NCBI GenBank assembly: GCA_024137785.1
Contig: JAHRHZ010000222.1
Location: 31,109,996-31,173,995 of the forward strand
Length of the DNA stretch: 64,000 nucleotides
Direction of reading: 5' to 3'
Source of the DNA: Ginglymostoma cirratum
Lineage: Eukaryota
The position numbers and the translations under genes are program-made. The notes beneath the pieces are model-generated. The model was not told the origin of the DNA. It ran no database searches and saw only the letters and a list, made by a program, of their open reading frames with translations. Positions 1 to 11,733 of this stretch are shown in pieces (positions within the stretch are counted from its first letter, which is position 1; every line of letters begins with the position of its first letter).

Positions 1-1099
1 ATGATTATAAGCAGCATTACTTTGGGATTAAAATACATTCTTCAGGTAAAAGCAACACCGCGTGGTACCAGAACAACACTTCCAACAGGGCTGAAAGACA
101 CAGTAATGGCCTTGGAGAGTATCTCTTCTTTCTTGCGCACTGAAGGGGAGGGGGGAAAACACATCTCACCTTGTACAGGGATCTCCTCACAGGAGAGCAA
201 TCCTCCATGCACCCACGCTTCTTCCCCATGGTGCTTAGTTTAATGTTGAAATTAATACTGTGTTATTTTTCCCTTTAGTAGTAGAAATAGGCTTGTGACA
301 TACCAGTCTATGCTAAAGTCAGCGTTTTCCAATTTGAACTCAGCAGAATTTAGAACAGTTTGTCATAATTAAAAGAGCAATTTGCAGGAACACAACAGTT
401 CAGGAAGCATGGTACTGTAATGTGATATTTCTACTTCTTTTGCCACTTTTATTTGGAGCTTCTGAGCATGATTCCTTGATTAGCTTTGAATTATGAGAAG
501 TCATGGACAGCATTCAAAATCCTTAAGGCTTTCAACAGCTGTCAGGCAGAAGTGATTTTTAAACCTATCAAACTAAGTTAAGTTAAATTCAAGCTCAGAG
601 CTGACTGCTACTAAATTAATGCTGTCAAATCTCTCTTTCATACCCTTTAACTTCTTTAGAATTATTCACCCCGAAATACTAAAATTTAGCTTTCCTTATT
701 CTGTCAATAGGTTGGTTTTTGAAGATCTTTCATTTTCAGACAGTTCTTTTGTTTGATCTTTAGAGCTACCTATTTTTAGTCATTGTTGATCATTTCCCAC
801 TCTCCCATCCAGAATTGATCTATTTTGATGTTTAGCTTTTACTTTGTTTCACATAAATTGCATCCTCTATCAACTTATTTGGACAGGTGGCTCCCCACAC
901 ATTACAAGTTTACTTTCCATAAACCAACCTTGCTCACTCAGGTTAAATTTCATTTTTCAGGTTCACTGCACTAAAGTGTGAAAGCTATTCCACTCCAGTC
1001 ACTCACTAATCTTCAATTCTTTACCTACTTTTCCACAATGTATAATTTTAACTGGCAATTACCAGTCAGCACATTGTAGTTAAGTCTAGTTTCCAACTT

Positions 1100-1590
1100 G
1101 AATGTTTCCCATATTAGAGGTTTACATGAATGATCCTGGGAATGAAGGGCTTGTCATATGTGAAGCAATTGAGGACTGTACTCAATGGAGTTTAGAAAGA
1201 TAAGGGAGGATCTCATTGAAATTTACACAATGTGGAGAGACCTGGATAGATTGGACACGGAGAAGCTGTTTCCACTAATAGGAGAGACCAGAACCCGAGG
1301 GCCCCAGACTCAGCAAAGAGATGACCCTTTAGAACAGAGATGGGGAGGAAATGCTTCAGCCAGAGGGTGGTGAATCTGTGGCACTCATTGCTACAGAGGG
1401 CTCTGGCAACCAAGTCATTGAGTGTATTTTAGACAGAGATTGATAGGTTCTTGATTAGTAAGGGGATCAAACTTTATGGAGAGAAGGCAGGAGGATGGGA
1501 TTGAGAAATATATTAACAATGATTGAATGGCAGTGTAGACTCGATGGGCTAAATGGCCTAATTTTCAGATCATATATCTTACGGCCTTAC
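1100..1590 (+). mobile_element. CR1-clade LINE 3' fragment (decayed)
   Basis: ORF 1185-1373 EFRKIREDLIEIY resembles the CR1 RT C-terminal RRxRGDLIExYK motif. It is followed by the CR1 3'UTR seen at 32040-32490. Boundaries approximate. Confidence 0.75.
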
Positions 1591-1964
1591 GGAACCCCTG
1601 CTGGTGGATATTTTGAGATCCAGAAATGTACCTTTTCCTCTAAGGTAACTTAAAGTGTTTTCAATGTAAATTTCATCACTTCTTATCAATGGTTACATTA
1701 CAAATGTGAATGGGTCTCAAAGAAATCATATACAGTATCTTTAAGCTAAATCAGGTGATGTCAAATTTTTTTGCCACTTTACACCAACCTGCATCTAATT
1801 GACAAATTCACATCTTTATAATTGTATGATCCTAACATTTTACACTTCTCACAATCAATCAGAATTCTTATCGGCACCATTAACATTTCCAGAGAATACA
1901 GTAAATAAAGGAAAACCTCCAGAGGTCCTAAAGGTTTATACATTAGGCATCATTTTTCACTCAC

Positions 1965-2303
1965 CTGTTACCGATAGAGAGACTTTCCCCGTTGCTTTAT
2001 CGGAGAATACTGTCACTGTGCAGGAGTATAACCCAATGTCGTGGATTGTAACATTTTTTAGGAGTAAAGAAGCATTCGCTTTGCTTATTTCATTTATAGA
2101 GAGACTTGATCCTGGTCTATAGCTTTCATATTCTCCAAAGTCGAACAAGCAAACAGCTTTTTCCTCATTTTGCACTCTATGGTTCCACTCAATGACAATG
2201 TATCGCAAATCAAGCGCAACTGTGTGTGAAAACGTGCAACCAAGGAGCACATCATCTCCAACGGTGGCGCTGATAGCCGGCATGAGCACCACCTCCAGAG
2301 AAA
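1965..2303 (-). CDS. Exon 2 (V-set Ig domain) of a B7-family, NCR3LG1/B7-H6-like gene; the gene continues beyond the left edge
   Basis: aaatgcag|TT acceptor and ACAG|gtgagt donor; 339 nt, phase 1-1. Encodes (V)SLEVVLMPAISATVGDDVLLGC...IVIEW...ESYRPGSSLSINEISKANASLLLKNVTIHDIGLYSCTVTVFSDKATGKVSLSVT, with the B-strand Cys, C-strand Trp and DxGxYxC motif. The RPG...ASL.L...G.Y.C.V.V...KA.G.V.L.V pattern resembles B7-H6. Confidence 0.85.
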
Positions 2304-2371
2304 CTGCATTTTAAAAAAATTACACACGTTAAAAACAGGTAGGGTCCAAACATGGTTTATGAATCATTAAC

Positions 2372-2540
2372 GTTCAGTAATGCCCTTTAGGGAAGGAAAC
2401 TGCCATCCTTACCTGGTCTGGCCTACATGTGACTCCAGACCCACAGCAATGTGGTTGACTCTGAGCTACCCTCTAGACAATTAGGGATGGACAATAAATG
2501 CTGCCTGGCCAGCAACGCCCTCATCCCATTAATGAATAAA
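2372..2540 (+). mobile_element. SINE 3' part with LINE-derived tail (same family at ~7740-8045 minus and ~45255-45530 plus)
   Basis: Shared block ccttacctggtctggcctacatgtgactccagacccacagcaatgtggttga...attagggatgg..aataaatgct recurs in the window. Confidence 0.65.
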
Positions 2541-2596
2541 GAATTTTATTTATCAGGATTCCATGGAGGGACAAATGGCTAGCAGTTGCAAGACCC

Positions 2597-2714
2597 AGGA
2601 GCTGGGAAACTCGACGCATTTCTGAAGAAGGGTCCCGACCCGAAACGTCAGCTTTCCTGCTCCTCTGATGCTGCCTGGCCTGCTGTGTTCATCCAGCTCT
2701 ACACCGTGTTACCT
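2597..2714 (+). mobile_element. Short PLE terminal-repeat fragment with hammerhead core (2622-2649) and 20-nt inverted arm
   Basis: CTGAAGA-A-GGGT-CCCG-ACCC-GAAAC-GTC, followed by the same tail as the PLE at 4621-4743. Confidence 0.75.
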
Positions 2715-3138
2715 ATTTGGTGGAAGTCACTTGCTACACTTGAAAGTGGCAAAATGACACTGTACCTCAAACAATTGTATTAAAATTATTATTTTGCAGG
2801 GGTCTGGATCTAGGCGAGTTTGCAGTGAGCTGTACGGACAGTACAGGCCAGGCCAAATTTCAACCATTTGTTGCTGTAATAGTTCTACGATTATAGGTTA
2901 CTTTAATACACTCAGTTCACGATATCCACAAGGGATTGGGGCACGACCTTCCTGCATATAATGTGAAACACACTACCACTCCTACGTACCTCAAAGGACC
3001 ATGATGTTTACTGAGGCAAACTGGGCGAGACAATGAGATAAAAAGGGGTCTGGGGCGACTTCGTGAGTACAAGGGTAGCAGATAGCAAGGAGTGACTGCA
3101 CAATACGTAGTTTTGAAGACCTCAAATATATATTCGAA

Positions 3139-4743
3139 TAGTGATAACACAGTGTGAAACTGGAGGAACACGGCAGGCCAGGCAGCATCAGAGGAGCAGG
3201 AAAACTACCGTTTCTGGGTGGGAGAGATGGGGGAGGGGGAAGGGAGCTCTGAAATGAATAGAGAGATGAGGGGTGGGGCTGGGGAAGGTAGGTGGGATGG
3301 TGATAGATGAGTGCAGGTAGGCAGCAGTGGGAATTGGTCAGTAGGGTGGGAGGAGCGGATAGGTGGGAGAGAAGACGGACAGGTCAAGGAGGTAGGGATG
3401 TGAGGAAGGGTTGGTTATGGGATGAGGTTGGGGGTGGGGAGATTTTGAAACTAGTAATGTCCACATTGAGGCCATTGGGTTGTAGGGTTCCAAGGCGGAA
3501 TGTGAGGTGCTGCTCCTCCAGTTTCCGGGTGGCATCGTTGTGAGACTGGAGGAGGCCCAGGATGGACATGTTGTCCAAGGAGTGGGAGGGGGAGTTGAAA
3601 TGGTTCGTGACTGGAAGGTGTTGTCGTTTGTGGCGAACAGAGCACAGGTACCCTACAAAACGGTCTCCGATGTCCTCTTATTTCAAGGACCGCAACATCC
3701 CCCCTTCAAATGATCAAAAACGCTCTTGACTGCATCTCTTGCATTTCCCGTACCTCTGCCCTCACACCCCCTCCCTGCAACAAAAACAAAGACAGAATCC
3801 CCCTGTCCTCACGTATCATCCCACTAACCTCCGGATTCAACGTATCATTCTCCACCACTCCCACCACCTGCAGTCTGAGTCCACAACCAAAGATATATTT
3901 CCCTCCCCACCCCATCTGCCTTTCATAGGGACTGCTCTCTCCATGACTCCCTCATCCGCTCCACACTCCCCACCAGCCCCACCACTCCCAGCATCTTTCC
4001 CTGCAACCGCAAGAAAGTGCTACACCTGCCCCTACACCTACCCCCTCATCTCCATCCAAGGACCCAAAAAAACCTTCCACATCAGACAGATGTTCACTAG
4101 AGGTTCCGCTAATGTGGTCTACTGCATCTGCTGCTCCCAATGTGGCCTCCTCTACTTCTGTGAGACCAGCAGAGGCTCGGAGACCGCTTTGTAGAGCACC
4201 TACACACTGTTCGCGACAAATTATAACACCTCCTAGTTGCGAGCCACTTCAACTCCCCCTCCCACTCCCTGAACAACATGTCCATCCTGGGCCTCCTCCA
4301 GTCTCACAACGATGCCACCTGGAAACTGAAGGAACAGCACCTCATATTCTGCCCTGGAACCCTACAATCCAAAGATCTCAATGTGGACTTTACTTGCTTC
4401 AAAATCTCCCCACCCCCAACCTCATCCCATGACCAACCCTTCCTCTCATCCCCTCCTCCTTGACCTGTCCGTCTTCTCTCCCACCTATCTGCTCTTCCCA
4501 CCTCACTAATCAATCCCCACTACTGCCTACCTCCACTCACCTATCACCATCCCACCTACCTTCCCCAGCACCACCCCTTCCTCTATTTATTTTAGAGCTC
4601 CCTTCTCCCTTCCCCCATTTCTGAAGAAGGGTCTCAACCTGAAACGTCAACTTTCCTGCTCCTCTGATGCTGCCTGGCCTGCTGTGTTCCTCCAGCTCCA
4701 CACTGTTATCTCTGACTCCAGCATCAGCTGTTCTTACTATCTC
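3139..4743. mobile_element. Penelope-like element, fold-back insertion: minus arm ~3139-3665, plus arm ~3666-4743; GIY-YIG remnant
   Basis: Plus arm encodes decayed PLE C-terminus (PPVLTYHPTNLRIQRII; CYTCPY; NVVYCICCSQCGLLY; EQHLIF..GTL...LNVD). Minus arm is its inverted 3' copy. 10-bp TSD TATATTCGAA at 3129-3138 and 4744-4753. Confidence 0.9.
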
Positions 4744-4972
4744 TATATTCGAAGTGACTCTTTTGGATTTTAATTGACAATTACTTAAATTGACTTGGTA
4801 TTGTCACTTCTGGGTAATACGTCTTGCCTGGTTCATAACAGAGACAGTTTGAAGCTTGCACAAAAAAGAAATCAATTCAAGGCAGAAAAGTCTTAAGGAC
4901 GATGGGGAAAACCGAAACTGACAAATGATATTGCATAAATTACAGCAGAGTAATCACAACTCTTTCTCTTGT

Positions 4973-5631
4973 TTAGAGTTAACAACGTGTAGAGCTGGAT
5001 GAACACCGCAGGCCAAGCAGCATCAGAGGAGCAGGAAGGCTGACGTTTCAGGTCTAGATCCTTCTTCAGAAATGGGGGAGGGGAANNNNNNNNNNNNNNN
5101 NNNNNNNNNNNNNNNNNNNNNNNNNNNNNNNNNNNNNNNNNNNNNNNNNNNNNNNNNNNNNNNNNNNNNNNNNNNNNNNNNNNNNNNNNNNNNNNNNNNN
5201 NNNNNNNNNNNNNNNNNNNNNNNNNNNNNNNNNNNNNNNNNNNNNNNNNNNNNNNNNNNNNNNNNNNNNNNNNNNNNNNNNNNNNNNNNNNNNNNNNNNN
5301 NNNNNNNNNNNNNNNNNNNNNNNNNNNNNNNNNNNNNNNNNNNNNNNNNNNNNNNNNNNNNNNNNNNNNNNNNNNNNNNNNNNNNNNNNNNNNNNNNNNN
5401 NNNNNNNNNNNNNNNNNNNNNNNNNNNNNNNNNNNNNNNNNNNNNNNNNNNNNNNNNNNNNNNNNNNNNNNNNNNNNNNNNNNNNTTCCCCTCCCCCATT
5501 TCTGAAGAAGGATCTAGACCTGAAACGTCAGCCTTCCTGCTCCTCTGATGCTGCTTGGCCTGCGGTGTTCATCCAGCTCTACACCTTGTTATCTCAGATT
5601 CTCCAGCATCTGCAGTTCCTACTATCTCTGA
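4973..5631. mobile_element. Young PLE fold-back insertion spanning an assembly gap
   Basis: Near-identical inverted arms (~4976-5085 minus, 5486-5631 plus). 15-bp TSD AACTCTTTCTCTTGT at 4958-4972 and 5632-5646. Hammerhead cores at 5042-5069 (-) and 5502-5529 (+). Confidence 0.9.
5086..5485. other. Assembly gap (400 N)
   Basis: Run of N. Confidence 1.
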
Positions 5632-6167
5632 AACTCTTTCTCTTGTCTGTTCACAGCACAGGAGTCACTCTGTAGGTCAGCCTGGGAGGGACTGGCGTAC
5701 TTCATTATTGATGAATCAGATGGATTTTTACACCAAACAACAATAGTTACATTGTCACTGTTTGGCTAGCTGTTATTCCAGATTTTTACGAAATTCAAAC
5801 TTCACCACTTGCTCTAGCAATACTTATAGCAATGTCCTCGTCTCAGAAGGGTGTTTTTCTACATTACTTGTCCAAAGACCCTGTGACTATGCCACCCTTC
5901 CTCTTATTTTCATTCCGCAAGAAGACAGTATAACTTCAGAAAACGCTGCAGTCTTTAGATATATAGTTGTTTCGTGTAATGTGTAACATACCAAATATCA
6001 TATTTATTGTTTCACTAAAAGAACTTTCACCAGGACAAGATATATTTCCACCTCCGAAAGTTGACATAAAAGCCTATACTTTACATCATCCCTATTATAT
6101 CCGTAAAGTTGCAAACAAATTGACTCCCTTGATTATAGCAACGGAGATAAAGAAATTCTCCACTCAC

Positions 6168-6237
6168 CTGCTGAAGAGATTGAACAAAATATAATCAGTT
6201 CTACTAAAAAGCAATTTGTTGTTCCATACGTCTCCAT
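6168..6237 (-). CDS. Exon 1 (signal peptide) of the B7-H6-like gene
   Basis: taaATGG start; encodes METYGTTNCFLVELIIFCSISSA, then G|gtgagt strong donor. 70 nt, phase 1, splices in frame to the V exon (G+TT=Val). Confidence 0.8.
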
Positions 6238-6307
6238 TTAAAGCCGAATTGTAATAAAATTACATAATTGATGAACAAACAACATCCCACCGTCTTAACA
6301 GAAAAAT

Positions 6308-6335
6308 GAAAGCGAAAGTAAATAGCACCGGAAGT
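6308..6335. promoter_or_regulatory. IRF element (ISRE-like) plus ETS site, 70-100 bp upstream of the B7-H6-like ATG
   Basis: GAAAGCGAAAGT (6308-6319) fits the IRF-E consensus GAAA(G/C)(T/C)GAAA(G/C)(T/C). ACCGGAAGT (6327-6335) is a consensus ETS site. Confidence 0.6.
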
Positions 6336-7019
6336 TACAGGCGTGAGGTAAAATAATTAAAGTAAACGCATTTATTTATGAAGACCCAAGATACACCTCA
6401 ACAGTAACTTGTGTCATCGCCCTGAGCATTTGTAAACAAGTTAAAAAAAAACCGGTTTGCCAAAATCTTCATTAAGATTGTGCTGTTTTAAAAGGGACCA
6501 TTACCACGTGGGAACGAAGAAGATTTGAAAGAAAGGACTCCTTTTGTTCAGAACAAAGCAAATACTAAATGGCGAAAATCTGAGATAAAAACTGAAAACG
6601 CCAGAACTATTGAGCAGACTGAGTAAACTCAGAGGTTAATGCTTCAACCTGAAATTCTGTAGAAATGATTTAAAAAGGCACATATGACACTTTAAAAATG
6701 ATTAAAACAAATGTCTGGAGCACAGACAATGTCGTGATAAGGAGCAACAAAGTTGCAGAAGAGTCTGAGGAATGTTGTGATATAACTTGGATTTCAAGAG
6801 TCACGTATCAGCGACTGTGCTGGAGGACTGTAACTACAGCAGCTGTACGGCATAAATGTCTGTTCTGAGATTCTCGTGTGTGTGGTCCAAACATAGTTTG
6901 AACAAACATTTTCAGGTGTTGTTGGAGCATATCAAAACAGAAGAGCCCTATTAAACCAGATATGCTGTATTAAAAGCCAGCTGATTCAGCTAAGGCTGTA
7001 AAAATATAAATGATACATA

Positions 7020-7720
7020 AAAAAAGTACTGTGGCTACAAGAGCAGGTTAGGGACTGGGAATTCTGCTGAGATTGGAAACTCATCACCTGACTCGTTAAA
7101 GCATGTCCACCAACTGAAAGGCACAAATCAGGACTGATGTAATAATCTTCACTTGCCAAGTTGGGTGCAGCTCCAACAACGCTCAAGTAGCTTGACACCA
7201 TCCAGGACAAAGCAGCACACTTGACTGGCATCCTGTCTAACACCTCCAACATTTACTCCCTTCACCACCAGAGTGACAGCAAAGCGTGCTATTTACAAGA
7301 TGTGCTGTAGTAACTCACAAAGGCTCCTGTTGACTGGACCACAACATTTTGCTTACCTCACCCTATCAATGCCAGTGTTAAGGTCAAGGTGGCAAAGTGG
7401 TTACTATGCAGTGGCAAACCTAGCTCTGTCAACCCTGCAAAAGCCTCCTCACCAACATCTGGAGACATGTTCTGCACCTCAATACCAGGCAAGACCATCA
7501 CTAAGCTCAACACCATCCAGGGACCCCATTCACCACCTTAAATAATCACCTCTACCCATATGTATCATATACAAGGTGCACCATCCATGGCATAAATGAC
7601 AATAATCCAATAAGCATCCTACGACAGTAAGATAGCACCTGCCAAATGTGTTACCTTTACCATCTAATTGGACAGGACAGGATGCATGTAAACACTGACT
7701 ACAGGTTCTCCTCAAAGTCA
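7020..7720 (+). mobile_element. Decayed L2/Crack-like LINE fragments (related pieces at ~16845-17210 and ~19160-20570)
   Basis: Recurrent block gcagctccaacaac.ctcaag.agcttgacaccatccaggacaaagcagc and a shared 3' tail. Clade assignment is by recognition only. Confidence 0.55.
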
Positions 7721-9294
7721 CACCACGCTTTCAGAGGATGAGGATGTCGCTGACTAGGCTAGCATTTATTGCCCATCCCTAATTACCCAGAGGGCAGTTG
7801 AGAGTCAATCACATTGCTGTGGGCCTGGAGTTACAGATAGGCCAGAATAGGTAAGGATTTCCTTTGCCTGAAGGCATTAATGAACCAGACAGGTTTTTCC
7901 CAACAATGGATTCATAACTGGACTCTTAGTTCCAAACTTTTATTGATTTATTTTGTTCTACCGTCTGCCGTGGCAGGATTCAAATCCAAGTCCCCATAAC
8001 GTTACCTGAGTCTTTGGACTAACTGTCCAGTGATAATACCACTATGCTGTCACATCGTCTTACAACCATATTGCTATTCCTTCAATTTTACTGGGGCAAA
8101 ACCTTAGAACTCCCTTCCTATCAGTACTGTGGGCACCCCATACCCCCAAGGACTGCAGCAGTTCGAGAAGTCAGCTCATCACTACCTTCTGTAGAGCAAT
8201 TAGGGAGATAAGTCCATATTCCATGGATTAAAAAAAAACACATTGGACAGACTCTAATCTTCCTGTTAGGTTGTGGTTGAAGTCACAGATTAGCCCACTG
8301 TGTTACTGAGCACAGAAAGAACATAACTTTACACAAAATATCGGTGCTGACCTCCCCCAGTAATCTGGATTGAGTGCTGACAGTTTATTCAGCAACAGGA
8401 ATTGCCAAAGTTAAGTCTCATCTTGCTCTTACCAACACAAGTATACACACATTGTTCTCACTTAGCAACCTTTATTTTATTTTGGTGCTTTCTTTATTTC
8501 AATAATGTTAAGCCATACTACAGTTTCAATCATGACCCTGCCCACGAGCCTGTAGACCTACATTCAAGTCCCACCTGTTTCAGAGGTTTGTCATAGCACA
8601 TCTGAACGAACGGCTTGATTGATTAAAAAGTATCTTCAGTGACAAGTGCTCTGTCTTTTGTTTCCTCTTCAACACTGAACAAATCACCCACAGGATCATT
8701 AAATGCACTCCTCCCGCTCAGCCTCTTATCCTCTAGGCTGTCAACTGCAGTTCATTGTTTTTGCACCCATGTCCACGATCTAACTTGCACCAAGTTCAAC
8801 TTGTTTAGCACTCCTGACTTCACTAATCTGCATGGATTTCCACTCCCCCCCATGTCTTGATCTTAAAAGTTTAAGTTGCAAATTCTTTCTTGTCCTTCTT
8901 CTCAACTCTCCACCCAGCTGCTGTGCAGTTCCTTTTATTCCATCTCATTATTATGTCACGTCATCAGCCCTGTAAGACTTATACTCTGGAAGTTCTTCTG
9001 CTCCTGTGCCCATCTACTTCCCTGGTTTTTCTTTAAGCCAACCATAAAACTCACTTATTTGACTCTCCATCTTCTTTGTTAACTTATTTCCTTGCGTCTC
9101 TGAAGTGCACTGGAACACATTTCTACGCTAAAAATGTATGAAATGAAAGTTGTTGGTTCTTGTAATATCAATCAATAATGTTTTTCACTTTAACATTTTA
9201 ATAAACGAAGAAAATCAAACATTTGATAAACAAATTATAACAATAACCACTTACTGAAAGTAATTTACATTGAGATACATTAACAGAATGTTGG

Positions 9295-9640
9295 GGTGGT
9301 GTGTTGGCTTGGTAGTTAACACTGCTGTCTGATGGCGCCAGGAACCCAGATTCGATTCCATCCTTGTGACTGTCTGTGTGGAGTTTTCACATTCTCCCGG
9401 TGTCTGCGTGGGTTTCCTCCAGGTGTTCCAGTATCCTCCCTCCGTCCAGTAATGTGTGGATTAGGTGAATTGACCATGATAAATCGCACATAGTGTCCAG
9501 AGATGTGTAAGCTAGGTGGATTAGCCTTTGGAAATGTGAGGTTACAGGGATAGATCTGGGTGAGATGCTCTTTGGAGGGTCAGCATAAATTTGATAGAGT
9601 GAATGGTCTGCTCCCACATTTTAGGGATTCTATGATTCTA
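9295..9640 (+). mobile_element. tRNA-derived V-SINE (HE1-like)
   Basis: tRNA-like head, then the V-domain gtgtggagttt.cacattctccc.gtgtctgcgtgggtttcctcc and a ...tctatgattcta tail. Confidence 0.8.
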
Positions 9641-9731
9641 ATATTGCTCAGAAATCTGAGAGGAAAGTGCACTGCAAGTTTTATTTTGAAAGAAAAAGAA
9701 GTTTTACAAGGCAAGATAATCAATTCATGTT

Positions 9732-9737
9732 TTTATT
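9732..9737 (-). terminator. POP4: Candidate POP4 polyadenylation signal AATAAA (second one at 9680-9685)
   Basis: tttatt on plus strand ~93 nt after the POP4 stop. Confidence 0.55.
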
Positions 9738-9829
9738 GATACAGTTAAACATACAGGGCCACATCTCTTCCAATGAAGCCAAGCTAGATAGTCAATGTCT
9801 ACAGTTACACCAGCTGCACAGCTCTGGAT

Positions 9830-9966
9830 TTAAAGGTCTATACTTCCTTTTCCTTTAAACTTTTTGGCAGAACGTTCACTTGATCTCAGCTGAAACTTGC
9901 TTCCATAGATATACGAAACAAAGCCGTCGATTTCAACACCGAAGATACTATTTTGCTTGGGAATAA
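9830..9966 (-). CDS. POP4: POP4 exon 7 (last coding exon)
   Basis: ccag|TT acceptor; 137 nt; (V)IPKQNSIFGVEIDGFVSYIYGSKFQLRSSERSAKKFKGKGSIDL*, matching the vertebrate Rpp29 C-terminus. Confidence 0.97.
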
Positions 9967-11029
9967 CTGGGTTGCGGGGGGGGGGGGGGGGGAAAGAAAT
10001 AAAGTAAAGTAATTAGAACAATGTATGAAGTCTAGTTGCTTCAATTCTTTTGTAGTTATTTCAATACATGACGACAAAAAAGTTAGTGTAATAAAAATAT
10101 GCAGGAGCCACAGCTAGTGATGTTGCTACCACAACACAGTCAATAATTTTACCGAAAAACATTTACAGTTTATATGTAAAACAGGGAATAATTGCTATCT
10201 GGGAGTGATTATAAACCGTTAATACAAGGAATTGAACAAGCCAGAACCAACCATTAATTTATGCTTTGCAACCCACCATTGCAGCCAATTTCAGTCAAAA
10301 GCCAAAGTTCAAAGTTCAAAGTTCAATTGGAGTTTAGCCCATAGAGCTCACACTGCACTAAGTACAGATAATGGAATGGGACAAGCTAAACAGAACTTTA
10401 TCTTGCTCAGCTGTACCTTACTTCGCTCTGCCAGAAACAGACTGACCACATGAGGACAATATGTTGCATAACCCTGTCAGTTTTGATACCTATCTATCTA
10501 TTTTGTCACAGGGGAAGAATAGTTGAGTTTCAATAATACACGCATTTAGAGTTACCTTTCACTCAGTCAGGTCTAGGTCCCTTTATAGCTCAGAGGAAGG
10601 AGGAAAACAGTCGATAAATAAAGTTGTGGACTGTTCCTATCACATACCGTTTCAGACTGCAACAGTGTTCTTAACCTATCCTTCAGGTGGGCTTATTTAT
10701 TTGGTAAGCAGTGAGAGATAATTGCTAGGATACTTACATCCAAAAGGGAACAGTTAATTTATTTGGCCAACCCAACACAGGAAGTAGATCAGCAATCAAA
10801 CTACTGATATTTTTTGAAAAGGTCACTGGACTCGAAACATTAACTTTGTTTCACTCTCCAGTTTCTGCCAGACGTGTTAAGTTTTTCCAGCAATTTCTGT
10901 TTCAGATTTACAGTTTTTTTTTATACAGTTAGGAATGAAGACAAAGTAACCCAAGCCAGTTAAGCTTTGTAAAAAAGCCAGAAATAGCAAGAGAAAGTAG
11001 TTGCATTTACACTCATAACTGGCTAAAAA

Positions 11030-11400
11030 CCTTCCAGCTGCCGCTCAGTTGTGAATCACAAAGTTCTGATTCAAGTCCCACTCCAGGAACTAAGAAGAAT
11101 AAAAAAAGTCAAGGCTTTCACTCTACTGCAGTGCTAAGAGTCTGAGCTGTAGAAGGTGGTCTCTTTTGGAAGATATTGTAAACCAAGGCCCTGTTTGCCG
11201 TACCGGGTAGTTGCAATAGATTTGTTGGTACTAGTTTGAAGTGGCAGAGACATCACCCCCAGAGCGCCAGCTAATTCCTATTCCTTAAAAGAGACAGAAT
11301 AAACATTTTCTACTCCTTGTTGTATGTGGGAGCTTGCTGTAAATTTTATGCTATGTTTCCGACATTAACACAGCATTGTTCCAAATATCTTCACAAAAAG
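11030..11400 (+). mobile_element. Deu-domain SINE (SacSINE1/AmnSINE-like), decayed; second copy at ~58850-59180
   Basis: ttcaagtcccactccag head and tgtgggagcttgctgt...gtttcc.acatt motif. The second copy has attggctgctgcgtttc...gtacttcatt.g.tgtaaa...gtctttctt. Confidence 0.6.
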
Positions 11401-11631
11401 AAGAATTTAGTGCTTATGAAAAATACAATATAAATCCAAGTTTAAGAATCAGAGATAATATACCACAATAAGAAACGTGGACATAAGCAAGAGTTATCTT
11501 GTTCTGTTATCCTAGGGTTTTTTTCGAACCATGTAACACCAGAGCTAGATATCGAGCTGCAAATGTAAAGTTTCCATTATAAAAGGATGTGGAATAGACT
11601 TGTGGGACAGATCCAAAATTTGCAATAGTAC

Positions 11632-11733
11632 CTTTAAGCTTATTTTCCTTGGTGATAATCTTGAATATATGCTTCATTTCCTGCAAAATAATACCTGTAG
11701 CCCCTACATAGGAGGGACATTTGGATTTCACCA
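11632..11733 (-). CDS. POP4: POP4 exon 6
   Basis: ttccag|TG ... AAAG|gtacta; 102 nt; (V)VKSKCPSYVGATGIILQEMKHIFKIITKENKLK. Confidence 0.97.

Noticed and set aside
170-229. Minus-strand caccATGG...AAG|gtgaga mini-exon (MGKKRGCMEDCSPVRRSLYK)
   Set aside because: Good Kozak and donor, but no recognisable protein, phase 0, and not the expected Ig C domain; cannot be supported.
5023-5548. Long ORFs with X runs (also 19725-20385 and 36029-36739)
   Set aside because: Artefacts of translating through N gaps.
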